NCBI GenBank assembly: GCA_016223205.1
Contig: JACRPM010000010.1
Span: forward strand, 26,441 to 90,440
Source: Candidatus Saganbacteria bacterium
Lineage (GTDB): Bacteria; Margulisbacteria; WOR-1; XYC2-FULL-46-14; WPAF01
Length of the DNA stretch: 64,000 bases
Direction of reading: 5' to 3'
The notes below the pieces were generated by a model that saw only the letters and a list, made by a program, of their open reading frames with translations, was not told the origin of the DNA and ran no database searches. Positions 9,801 to 19,013 of the stretch are shown here, piece after piece (the stretch's first letter is position 1; each line of letters opens with the position of its first letter). The translations under genes were made by a program, and so were the position numbers.

Positions 9801-12800
9801 TTATGACATTTGGGGAATTTATATTTACTGGGGACAAAGCGGCGCGAGTAATTTGGTCGATATCAAGAGGAATATCCTCAACAACTGCAACAACGCCTCG
9901 GGGACTTCTTACGGCGGCATCTACGCCTGGCTCCATTACACCGGGACCGTCAATATCATAAACAATACCATTGTTAAAAATTCTTTGGGAATCTATGCCT
10001 ATCGCTATTCATCCACCTTAAACATGAACATAAGGAATAACATCATCAGCGACACGCCGCGGCCGGACGGCGGGCCCCGTAACGGCAGTTATGGCCTGTA
10101 TAAAGATCAAGCGCTCTCTTTCATCTCTTCTTACAATAATGTTTGGAATCAGAGAACCAACTTCTATGGGGTGAGTGCGGGCACGGGCGATATTTCCGCC
10201 TATCCGCGATTTGTGGATCCCTGGAACAATAATTTCGACCTATATTCGGATTCGCCTTGCATCGGGACGGGATCGGGAGGTGCAAATATCGGGGCTTATG
10301 AAGGGGCGGGGGCGGCTAACTCGCCTTACCGGACCACCTCTTATGTCAACAACACCACCGGAGTCGACGCGGTGACCTCCGGAGAATCGGTCTCCAATCC
10401 CTATAAGACCGTTACCTTTGCCAATAAATATACGCTTGGCACGATAAATGTGGCGGCCAGCTCCAACAAGTACAATTCCACCAACAGCGAAACTTTTCCC
10501 ATAGATCTGGGCGCGGGCGGAGGAAAGCGGCTTTCCGGCGCCGACAGCGGCTCGGTCACCCTCGAGGGCTACGGCACGGATACTCATTTAGTTCCGGGGT
10601 CTTCCCTGGTTTATGGTTTAGGGGCCTTTACCAGCACGACCATTGAGGGTATCACTCTGCAGGGTATGGGGAACAATACGGGAGTTTATTTTTACGGGTC
10701 TAATCCAATTATCCAAAATTCGATCATCAAGGGGCCGCTCGCGGGAACCGGTTCTTCCGGCAAAGGCGTATATTTTGACGGCACTAATGGGGCATCAACC
10801 GGAGGCACGGTATCCACCTGCGAAATTACCAGTCTGGACTACGGGATTTATTTCACTGGAAGCACAACCTGCGGCAATATCACGATCGAAGGGAATGATA
10901 TCCACGACAATTATCAATGGGGCATCTATCATTATTTTTGGGCGCCGACCTCCAACGCCAATAATTTTATCGATATAAAACGGAACTTGATACGGAACTG
11001 CCTTAATACTTCCACCTCTTACGGCGGCATCTACGCCTGGACCTATTTTGTGACCTTGAACGTCAACCGCAACACGATCGTAAAAAATCCTATCGGGATC
11101 TATGCTTACCGATACGACAGCTATCTTACTCTGATCGCCAAGAACAATATTGTCGCATCGGAGATCGGCGGCTTTTCGGTAACGGGATCCAAAGGGATCT
11201 TGCGGGAGGGGGGGACCCTGACCAATACTTATAACGACGTATATTCGAACGACACCAATTGGTCGGGAGTGGCTTCCGGGGAAGGGAGCATTTCTGCCGA
11301 CGCCCTTTTCGTCAATGCCACCAACAACGATTTCCATCTCCAGCAGGGCTCCCCAGCCATCGATTCCGGCACACCGGCCGGCACCGACATGGGGGCGTAT
11401 GATTATAGTTCAACTACTCCCACCGTTACCCTGGGAAGCCCCAACGGCGGGGAGACCTGGGGTGCGGGCGCCTGGCACAACATTACCTGGGAGACCACCA
11501 ATACCCCTGACTCCATCAATCTCTATTATATTACCAGCGAGGCCACCGGATATCAGACCATTGCGACCGGTATTTCGGATAACGGCTCTTATCCTTGGCT
11601 GGTGCCGAACCGCGCGACCTCCACTGCCAAGGTAAGCGTCGAGGCGGTCAAAGCGGCAGAGACCGCTCGGGATGAATCGGCCGCGTACTTCACCATCACC
11701 GCGGCGACCAATTATTATGTGGATGCGACGAACGGGAATAATGCTTACAGCGGTATCACTTCCGAGGTCTCGGGAACCAACGGACCCTGGAAAACCCTAA
11801 CTTATGCTTCCACCCAAGCCGCGGCCTCGTCCACCACCCATGTAGCGGCGGGGACCTATAATGCGGCTCTGGGGGAAAGCTTCCCCATCGCCATTGCCAA
11901 CCTTAATTTTATCTCCTCGGCTTCGCCCACTACTTTAGCGACCATCGATGCCGGATCCAGCAACTGTATCACCCTGGGAGCGGCCGGTTATTTGGCGGGT
12001 TTCGATCTTAAATCGACTACTACCGATAAGGTGATCTATGTGACCGGAGCTAGCGCTTATATCGTCAGCAATAGGATGGCAACTTCGTATTCTATAACCA
12101 GCAATTACGATATTGATGTGGCCGATGCCGGCGATAATATCTTGATCCAGGGCAATACCATAGATTCGAAAAGAACCAACAATATCCGTTTGGAGACCGG
12201 CGCCGATAATCCGATCGTCAAGGACAACACTTTGACCACCGCCCAAAGTTACCAAACCGGCATCTATGTGAACTGGGTTACCACCCGGGTCACCGTAGAG
12301 GGGAATACCATTGTCGCGGACCAGGGCATATATCTGGGCAACTCTTGCAGCAATATTGATATTCGCACCAATGTGATCTCACCTTACAGCGCCGATTCCA
12401 GCGCTTATAAGGGAATGTTTTTGAGGGGGACCGGTACGGTGGCCAGTAATGAGGTGCGCGGGTATAAAAATTACGACACCTCCAATACCGCCGCCATATA
12501 TATCTATGACGGCACCATCACGGTCAGAAATAACACCCTGGTAAACAATGTAGTGGGGGTGGGCAACAGCTACGGCACTGCTACCATCAAAAACAATATT
12601 ATTTCCGCCGCTCCCAAGTTAAATTCCATTTATACCGATTACGGGGGCGGATTAGTAAACAGTGTGGGGATATGGGGGAGGGCCGGATACACCACCAACG
12701 CCAGTTATAATAACGTTTTCAATAATTACGCCAATTATTCGGGAAGCAGTATCACCCGATCGAACGAGCTCAATACTTGTCCGAGATTCGTCAATCCCGA

Positions 12801-15800
12801 CACGAATGATTTTCGGCTCTACTATGATTCTCCCAGCCGGGCAACGGCCGACGACGGCGGCAACCGGGGCAGGTATAGCGCTATCGGGACCAGCTCCGGA
12901 ATAACGGCCGAGTCCTATGTTTCGACCGCCGGCAATGATTCAACGGGTGACGGCAGTTTGTCTAATCCCTGGAAGACGGTGACCAAGGCGGTTTCTTCGA
13001 CCGAGGGAACGGTTTATGTGCGGGCCGGTAATTTCACCGCCAACGAGACCTTCCCCCTGGTCCTGACCGGCGGCCAAAAGGCGACCCGTTATCTTACCGA
13101 GTCGGCTTCGATCGATGCAACCGGGGCGGGCGCCAAGCATACTTTTATAACCGGATCGGCCGCCACCATAGAGTCGCTCACCCTGACCGCGAACAACACC
13201 AATGCCAGTTATTTCTCGATCTATTCCCTGGGCAATACCCACATCAAGAACAATACGCTTAACGCGGCGGTGAGCGGCGTATATCTCCGCGCAAATTACT
13301 GCACGGTCGAAGGCAACGCCATAACCATGAGCGGCTCCAGCGGTTATGGGGTAACCGTTCATGACAGCGGCGATTATTCGCTTATCCAAAACAACAGCAT
13401 AACCGCGAATGCCAGCGACGGCCGGGGGATCAGATTGGAAAATTATGCGGATAACATTACCGTAAGCGGGAATACCGTTGAAGCCCGGGCCTTTGGGATG
13501 GAGGTGGCCTCTTACAATAATAATTATAATATTACCAACAATATCTTGAGGGGGGCCGGGGTGGCGAGCTCTTACGGAATATATGCCAGTTACGTTTATA
13601 CCGGAAGCATTTCCTCGAATGAAGTGTCGAATTTTTACTACGGGATCCAGGCCGACTGTAATTCCGGCACCAGCACGATCTGGAACAATACCATCGTTAA
13701 TTTCACCACCGGCATTTACTCCTCGAACGGCGCCGCCAAGGTCATTAAAAACAATATCGTGAGCTCGTTGCCTACCTTCCCCTCGCTCCCGACCAGCGGG
13801 ACCAAAGGGATAGATCACATCGGGGGGACTACCACCCTAAAGAATAATGACATCTGGAACAATGAAACCAACTACAGCAACACCTCCGCCGGGACGGGCG
13901 ATATATCTCAAAATCCCAGATTTGTAAGCGCGGCGAGCAGCGATTTTCGCCTTTACAGCGATTCTCCCTGCGCCGCCGGCGGCGAAGGCGGGACCTATAT
14001 CGGGCGTTTCCCGGCGCTGGGAACTACTTCCGGCATAACCACGGAATCTTATGTGAGCGTGAGCGGAAATGATACGACCGGGAGCGGGACCCTAACCAGT
14101 CCCTGGAGGACCGTCACTAAAGGCTTGGGTTCAACGGAGGGGACGGTTTATGTAAGAGCGGGAACTTACACCGCGGGCGAGACCTTCCCCTTGGTCTTAC
14201 CTGCCGGAGAGCAGCTTAAAGGATATTTAACCGAAGCGGCGACCATCGATTGCACCGGGATTTCCGGAAAGAACACGGTGAACCTGGGAAGCAATACCAC
14301 CCTCGAAGGCCTGACGATCATCAACGCAGAAGGATCCGGCGCTTACCACACGATATATGCAGCTTCCTCCGGATCCCATATCAAGAACAATAAGATATAT
14401 CAAAATGGAGCGGCTTCGGGATCCTACGCCCTGTATCTAACGGCCGCCGCCGATCAATGCAGTATCGAAGGGAATACCATTCAGACCGGGAGCTCCAACG
14501 ATATAACGGTCTATCTGAGCAGTGGAGCGAATGATCCCATCATTAGGAACAACAACCTCACCGGAACAAAGTCCTCAAATTATGTCCTTTATTTCGCCGG
14601 CACCAGCAGCTCGCCGATCATTCAGAGCAACACCATAACCGGAACCTATTTCGGCATTTATCAGGGAGGAGCCCTAACCAATCAAGATCTAAGCAGCAAC
14701 AAGATCATCGCGACCGGATCCAATCATGTTTACGGAATATATATGGGATCGAATTCAACCGGCATCGTTTCCACCAATGAAGTGCGGGGCTGGAACGCCT
14801 ATTCTTATTCCTACGGCATCTGGGTGGGCGGCTTTAGCTCCAACCTGACCTTTAACAAGAATACGATCGTCAAATGCCAGACCGCTCTGGCTACCGGCGG
14901 CACCGCGAATATAACCAACAATATCATAGCGGGGGAGATCGGCGGTTTTTCTGGCTCCAATGTCAAGGGGATCGATAATGACAGCAGCGGCACGGTAACC
15001 TCGACTTACAACGACATTTATGCCAACGATATCACTTACGAAGGAACGGTGAGCAATAAAACCGGAGACCTGCAACAAAATCCTTTATTCGTCGACGCTG
15101 CCAATAACGATTACCATCTAACTTCGACTTCCCCCGCCATCGACGCCGGCGACCCGGCATCGCCGCACGATCCCGATGGTACGCGGGCGGACATGGGAGA
15201 ATACTATTTTAACCAGACCAATGACGCGCCCTCGGTTACCCTGCTCACTCCCAGCGGCGGCCAGAGCTTGACCGGCGGGGCCAGCTACAATATTACCTGG
15301 GCCGCCACCCAGCCGGCTTCGGGAGTGGATCATGTCGACATTTATTACTCCACCAACAGCGGATCGACCTATCCCAACCTGATCGTAGCCGGGACCTCCA
15401 ATGACGGCACTCATCCCTGGACCGTTCCCACCATCAATTCCACCACCGATAGGGTAAAAGTAATAGCGGTCTCGGGGGTAGGAGTTCTTGGCACCGGTGA
15501 AAGCAGTTCGGATTTTTCGATCACCACCGATTCCCAGGGTCCCACAGTCGAGGTTACTTCTCCGATCGGTGGGGAGTTGTGGAAGGGAGGGTCAACCCAC
15601 AATATCACCTTTACCGCGACCGATGAAGCCGGCCTTAAGGCCAATTCCCTTTATGCCTGGTATTCGACCAACGGAGGATCCACTTACCCTAATATCATAA
15701 CTAGTGAAGCCATCATTACTTCACCCTTCGTGTGGAATATCCCAGCCACGATCAATTCCCAGACGGTGCGGGTGCGTTTGAATATTTGGGATGCCTACAA

Positions 15801-18800
15801 CAATATCGGCACCGGGGAGAGTTCGGCAAGTTTTACTATCGATTCCACCCCTCCCACCGTTACCGTCCTGTCCCCGACGGGAGGGGATAAGTGGCAGGGT
15901 GGGACCAGCCACGACCTTACCTGGACCGCCACCGACAATTTTACACTGGAAGCTAATCCCATAACTCTCCAGTACTCGATTGATGCCGGAAGCAGCCGCA
16001 CCGACATTGCCACCGGGGAGGCAAATGACGGGAGCTATTCCTGGACAACGCTTTCCACCAACACCGATGAAGCGCGGATCAAGGTTTTGGCGCAGGATGT
16101 GTGCGGCAATATCGGCTCCGCCGAAAGCGCCAATTTCGTCATCGATTCCACGGCTCCAACGGCTCCGACCCTTTTAGCCCCGGCCAACGGATCAGCCACC
16201 GCCGAATCGCGGCCTCAATTAAGCTGGAATGCGGCAGTGGATTCCATCTCGGGGATCTCGAGTTACGAAGTGACCATCGATACCAACGTAGTAACCATCG
16301 ATGCCACCACCAGCTACACCACGCCGGACGCGCTTTCAGCCGCGGCGCACAGCTGGAAGGTGAAGGCCAAGAATGGCGTCGGTCTTTGGGGAGATTATTC
16401 GGAAACCTGGACCTTTACTACGGGTGTCGGCCCCAGTGCGGCGGGCATTGCGCTCAAAGATCGGGTCTATGGCAGTACCCAGTACTCCAACAGCTTGACC
16501 ATCTCGCTCGAAGTCCACGATGCGACCGGCTCGCCGACCCAAAGGCGAACTGCGCAGGATTCGGCATTTAGTGTCAATGACACCGGCTGGCTGACCTATG
16601 CCACCACCTCCGAATATACCTTTACCGCGGGGGAAGGCAGTCGCACGGCTTATTTTAAGATGCGCGACGCGTTCCAGAATGAAAGCGGCGCCTACAACGC
16701 CTCGATCGTAATCGATACCGTGCCGCCTTCACAGGTAACCCTGCTCACCCCGGCCAACAACAGTTATACCAACGACACCACACCGACATTCACTTGGAAT
16801 GCGGCCACGGACGCGACGAGCGGCGTGGCCAGCTATGAGGTGGTGATCGACACCACCCAGATCGCAACGGTCGGCGCGGTCACCACTTACACCACGCCCG
16901 ACGCCGAATCACAAGGACTGCACAACTGGAAGGCGCGCGCCAAGGACAACGCTCAAAATTGGGGGGAATATTCAACCACCTGGAATTTGACCGTTGAAAC
17001 CACCAATCCAACGGTAACTTTGGGCAAACCCAACGGCGGGGAAACCCTGGCTTCGGGCGCAAGCTACAGCATCACCTGGGAAGCGGCGGACAATTTCGGG
17101 TTAAAGACCGATCCCGTCACGCTCAACCTTTCAACCAACGGCGGAAGTTCTTGGTCCACCATCCAGGCCGGGATCTCCTACGTCACCGGCGAGGGGACCT
17201 ATTCCTGGACGGTGCCGTCGGTATCTTCCACCACCTGTCTGGTAAGCATCGAGGTGGAGGATAACGCCGGAAACAAGGGATACGACATCAGCAATTCAAC
17301 CTTTACCATCTCCAATACGCAGCCGACCGCTACGGTCACTTATCCCAACGGCGGGGAATACTTAAAAGGCGCGACCGCTTATAATATTACCTGGATCGCC
17401 ACAGGCGAGCCGGCTCCGGTCGCCATTAATCTGCGTTATTCGACCAACAGCGGATCGAGCTGGACGCTGATCGCCAGCAACGAAAGCAATGACGGAACTT
17501 ATGCCTGGACCACGCCTGCTATCGATTCTATAACCGATCGGGTCAGCGTCGAGGCGGTGGATGGTTTGGGGAGGGTGGGGACCGGGCAAAGCGCCGCGAA
17601 TTTTGCGATCGACAGTACTACTCCGGAAGTTGCGGTGGTCGCTCCAAGTGGCGGAGAACGGCTGGCGGGAGGGTCTTCCTATAATATCCAGTGGACCGCC
17701 ACAGACACAGTGGGCCTGCCGGCTAATCCCATCACGTTGAGATATTCAACCGATAGTGGAAGCAGTTGGACGCCCATCGCCGCTGCCCAACCCAACACGT
17801 CCCCCTATGCCTGGACGGTGCCGACGGTCAACTCCACCACCGTACGGGTAAGCGTCGAAGCGACCGATCGGGTCGGCTTTACCGGAACTGCCCAGAGCGC
17901 GTCGGATTTTATAATCGACAGCACCACTCCTACAGTACTGACGGTATCGCCCACCGACGGGGCGACCTCGGTTTCGATCAGCGCCACAGTGATCATCGTC
18001 TTCAGCAAGGAAATGAGCCGGGAAGCCACTCAAAACGCATTCTCGCTTTCCGCTTCGCCTGCGGTCTCGGGCGGTTTCTCCTGGAGCGGCGATGGTAAAA
18101 CCCTAACCTTCACTCCAGCTGCAGCTCTTGAATATAATACTCTTTATACGGTCGCGGTGGCCGCCGCGGCAACGGACCTGGCGGGCAACCATCTTACGGC
18201 TTTCTCCTCGAGCTTCACCACTGCGCCAAGAGGGGATTCCGAAGCGCCCCATATCATAATCCAAAGAGTAGATGCCCAAGGTGTGGCCAATACCCTGAAG
18301 GACGGGGATTATATTCCTAAACAGCCCAGGTTCAAAGGGGTCATAACCGATAATCTGGGAGTGAGCCGCGCCACCATCAAGTTCTACCTGGACGATGTGG
18401 AAACGGCGGCAACGATAACCGAGGTCTCTGTCACCAGATATGAAGTGGCTTACACGGTAACCTCCAATCTCGAAGGGGAGACAGTGAGGACTCATAGCGT
18501 TAAACTGGTCGCCAGCGATACTGCCGGTAATTCTACGACCCAGGAGATCACGGGACTTAAAGTTTCCTACGAATCAGGGAAAGTGATCGGCCCCGTGCTT
18601 ACTTATCCCACCACCTATAATCCGTTGACCGGCCAGCCGGCCCGCCTGGCTTACAATCTCACCGCCGACCAAGATGTGATGCTTTATATGCTGGATATCT
18701 CCGGACAAGTTGTCTGGACGGGCAAATATCCTTCGGGCGCCGAGGGCGGCAAGGCCGGCTATAACGAAATTCTCTTCTACGGCCGCTCCGAGATCTCCGG

Positions 18801-18885
18801 AACATTCCTCGGCAACGGCATCTATATCTACAAACTGGTGGCAGGCAATCGGGTCATCGGGACGGGAAGGTTGGCGATATTCTAA
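6859..18885 (+). CDS. Giant secreted surface protein (4008 aa): signal peptide, at least 5 right-handed parallel beta-helix modules, about 14 Ig/Fn3-like domains, T9SS-type (Por_Secre_tail / FlgD-Ig-like) C-terminal sorting domain
   Basis: Signal peptide MAKKIGLIILCLILLGTVAQA. Apparent TTG start overlapping the mutS stop. Repeated module ...NPRFVNPDGNDY(R/Q)LFSDSPCKNTASDGGNRGAYAAT..SGITTESYV..GDGTLGNPWKT(V/I)TKGLGSTEGTVYVRAGTY. PbH1-like NN(I/T)I repeats. Repeated PNGGE.W..G....ITW Ig-like domains. C-terminal ...YPTTYNPLTG...MLYMLDISGQVVWTGKY...GIYIYKLVAGNRVIGTGRLAIF. Confidence 0.85.
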   Translation: MAKKIGLIILCLILLGTVAQAADIYVDAVNGDNTRTTAEAQNPATPWKCITVAATGAAVGDTVHVAPGYYLTATGEAFPITITGRYFISTTTGLATIDSGTKIADAIHLGAGATLDGFTVLNAAPSNYYYDIYVPAANAHIRNCTLKQNSTAAQNRVIWVDAGGDRVSIEGNSLTTNTSNTSAVVTFTSGADNPIIRNNIIYGPGSQTTGIDFGTTVAPTVEGNTITVGYSGIVQTGTSTNQNILNNKVIAVGTNNNYGFYVGGTAATSITGTISGNEFRNWNNSAGSSGIRIENTNANYTISKNTLVKNTNGVRVGAGTATVRDNIISAGPRDGTYLSGSTGIYQSGGTITSTYNNLFNNITTYYGTVGSQSNDNTSNPRFVNPDGNDYRLFSDSPCKNTASDGGNRGAYAATDTTSGITTESYVDDGGSDVTGDGTLGNPWRTITKGLGSTEGTVYVRAGTYTAAKGETFPLAIGSGQKLINYLTEAATIDSSTTAINTVNLANNATLEGMTVNNSSNQSAVYLVGPDSQLINSTIYQAGSGGSGAAVYYASDADRCLLEGNTITGGSNSVAALYLLTGVDNPIVRNNTIVEQKTSSAYAIYFGGTSSYPTIEGNTITTGYNGIIQVGICTNQNILNNKIIGTGSNINAGIYFQTNSTGTVASNEVRGWSGTSGAGIYVSGSTANLTLNKNTLVKNTYGVQVTNGTVNIQNCIISAAPRGGTYLSASIGIYRTGGTVTSTYNDLFNNVVNYSGTVGSQSNDITTNPRFVNPDGNDYQLFSDSPCKNTASDGGNRGAYAATGVTSGITTESYVDDGGSDVTGDGTLGNPWKTVTKGLGSTEGTVYVRAGTYNTANGNTLPVSLAAGQTLKGYASEIATVEGNGSNHVVLIGSNATIDNIYLKLTGNYYGVYAGASNVNITRSKIIGNSQGSGIYFDGALTGVTPGGNITTCEVGAVDYGINLYGATSCGNITIEGNTIRDYDIWGIYIYWGQSGASNLVDIKRNILNNCNNASGTSYGGIYAWLHYTGTVNIINNTIVKNSLGIYAYRYSSTLNMNIRNNIISDTPRPDGGPRNGSYGLYKDQALSFISSYNNVWNQRTNFYGVSAGTGDISAYPRFVDPWNNNFDLYSDSPCIGTGSGGANIGAYEGAGAANSPYRTTSYVNNTTGVDAVTSGESVSNPYKTVTFANKYTLGTINVAASSNKYNSTNSETFPIDLGAGGGKRLSGADSGSVTLEGYGTDTHLVPGSSLVYGLGAFTSTTIEGITLQGMGNNTGVYFYGSNPIIQNSIIKGPLAGTGSSGKGVYFDGTNGASTGGTVSTCEITSLDYGIYFTGSTTCGNITIEGNDIHDNYQWGIYHYFWAPTSNANNFIDIKRNLIRNCLNTSTSYGGIYAWTYFVTLNVNRNTIVKNPIGIYAYRYDSYLTLIAKNNIVASEIGGFSVTGSKGILREGGTLTNTYNDVYSNDTNWSGVASGEGSISADALFVNATNNDFHLQQGSPAIDSGTPAGTDMGAYDYSSTTPTVTLGSPNGGETWGAGAWHNITWETTNTPDSINLYYITSEATGYQTIATGISDNGSYPWLVPNRATSTAKVSVEAVKAAETARDESAAYFTITAATNYYVDATNGNNAYSGITSEVSGTNGPWKTLTYASTQAAASSTTHVAAGTYNAALGESFPIAIANLNFISSASPTTLATIDAGSSNCITLGAAGYLAGFDLKSTTTDKVIYVTGASAYIVSNRMATSYSITSNYDIDVADAGDNILIQGNTIDSKRTNNIRLETGADNPIVKDNTLTTAQSYQTGIYVNWVTTRVTVEGNTIVADQGIYLGNSCSNIDIRTNVISPYSADSSAYKGMFLRGTGTVASNEVRGYKNYDTSNTAAIYIYDGTITVRNNTLVNNVVGVGNSYGTATIKNNIISAAPKLNSIYTDYGGGLVNSVGIWGRAGYTTNASYNNVFNNYANYSGSSITRSNELNTCPRFVNPDTNDFRLYYDSPSRATADDGGNRGRYSAIGTSSGITAESYVSTAGNDSTGDGSLSNPWKTVTKAVSSTEGTVYVRAGNFTANETFPLVLTGGQKATRYLTESASIDATGAGAKHTFITGSAATIESLTLTANNTNASYFSIYSLGNTHIKNNTLNAAVSGVYLRANYCTVEGNAITMSGSSGYGVTVHDSGDYSLIQNNSITANASDGRGIRLENYADNITVSGNTVEARAFGMEVASYNNNYNITNNILRGAGVASSYGIYASYVYTGSISSNEVSNFYYGIQADCNSGTSTIWNNTIVNFTTGIYSSNGAAKVIKNNIVSSLPTFPSLPTSGTKGIDHIGGTTTLKNNDIWNNETNYSNTSAGTGDISQNPRFVSAASSDFRLYSDSPCAAGGEGGTYIGRFPALGTTSGITTESYVSVSGNDTTGSGTLTSPWRTVTKGLGSTEGTVYVRAGTYTAGETFPLVLPAGEQLKGYLTEAATIDCTGISGKNTVNLGSNTTLEGLTIINAEGSGAYHTIYAASSGSHIKNNKIYQNGAASGSYALYLTAAADQCSIEGNTIQTGSSNDITVYLSSGANDPIIRNNNLTGTKSSNYVLYFAGTSSSPIIQSNTITGTYFGIYQGGALTNQDLSSNKIIATGSNHVYGIYMGSNSTGIVSTNEVRGWNAYSYSYGIWVGGFSSNLTFNKNTIVKCQTALATGGTANITNNIIAGEIGGFSGSNVKGIDNDSSGTVTSTYNDIYANDITYEGTVSNKTGDLQQNPLFVDAANNDYHLTSTSPAIDAGDPASPHDPDGTRADMGEYYFNQTNDAPSVTLLTPSGGQSLTGGASYNITWAATQPASGVDHVDIYYSTNSGSTYPNLIVAGTSNDGTHPWTVPTINSTTDRVKVIAVSGVGVLGTGESSSDFSITTDSQGPTVEVTSPIGGELWKGGSTHNITFTATDEAGLKANSLYAWYSTNGGSTYPNIITSEAIITSPFVWNIPATINSQTVRVRLNIWDAYNNIGTGESSASFTIDSTPPTVTVLSPTGGDKWQGGTSHDLTWTATDNFTLEANPITLQYSIDAGSSRTDIATGEANDGSYSWTTLSTNTDEARIKVLAQDVCGNIGSAESANFVIDSTAPTAPTLLAPANGSATAESRPQLSWNAAVDSISGISSYEVTIDTNVVTIDATTSYTTPDALSAAAHSWKVKAKNGVGLWGDYSETWTFTTGVGPSAAGIALKDRVYGSTQYSNSLTISLEVHDATGSPTQRRTAQDSAFSVNDTGWLTYATTSEYTFTAGEGSRTAYFKMRDAFQNESGAYNASIVIDTVPPSQVTLLTPANNSYTNDTTPTFTWNAATDATSGVASYEVVIDTTQIATVGAVTTYTTPDAESQGLHNWKARAKDNAQNWGEYSTTWNLTVETTNPTVTLGKPNGGETLASGASYSITWEAADNFGLKTDPVTLNLSTNGGSSWSTIQAGISYVTGEGTYSWTVPSVSSTTCLVSIEVEDNAGNKGYDISNSTFTISNTQPTATVTYPNGGEYLKGATAYNITWIATGEPAPVAINLRYSTNSGSSWTLIASNESNDGTYAWTTPAIDSITDRVSVEAVDGLGRVGTGQSAANFAIDSTTPEVAVVAPSGGERLAGGSSYNIQWTATDTVGLPANPITLRYSTDSGSSWTPIAAAQPNTSPYAWTVPTVNSTTVRVSVEATDRVGFTGTAQSASDFIIDSTTPTVLTVSPTDGATSVSISATVIIVFSKEMSREATQNAFSLSASPAVSGGFSWSGDGKTLTFTPAAALEYNTLYTVAVAAAATDLAGNHLTAFSSSFTTAPRGDSEAPHIIIQRVDAQGVANTLKDGDYIPKQPRFKGVITDNLGVSRATIKFYLDDVETAATITEVSVTRYEVAYTVTSNLEGETVRTHSVKLVASDTAGNSTTQEITGLKVSYESGKVIGPVLTYPTTYNPLTGQPARLAYNLTADQDVMLYMLDISGQVVWTGKYPSGAEGGKAGYNEILFYGRSEISGTFLGNGIYIYKLVAGNRVIGTGRLAIF

Positions 18886-19013
18886 TTAGGAATTTAATAA
18901 TTGGGATTTCCCTCGTCATTGCGGTTTCATCATTCGGATTTTCCGCGCAAGCGGACACGGTCAAAGTTGCCACAGACCCGACACGTATTTCTGTAGGCGC
19001 CAGGATCCTAGGG

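Noticed and set aside
9604-13818. Long antisense ORFs inside the giant gene (for example 12940..13818 at 292 aa, 10795..11337 at 180 aa)
   Set aside because: High-GC repetitive coding sequence generates long stop-free antisense frames. Their products are low-complexity with no domains, and the sense frame is continuous for 4008 aa.
6859-18885. Assigning the organism to Bacteroidota because of the T9SS-type CTDs
   Set aside because: SLH-domain OM proteins (OmpM-like, FadL-SLH) argue against a classical Bacteroidota envelope. Phylum left open.
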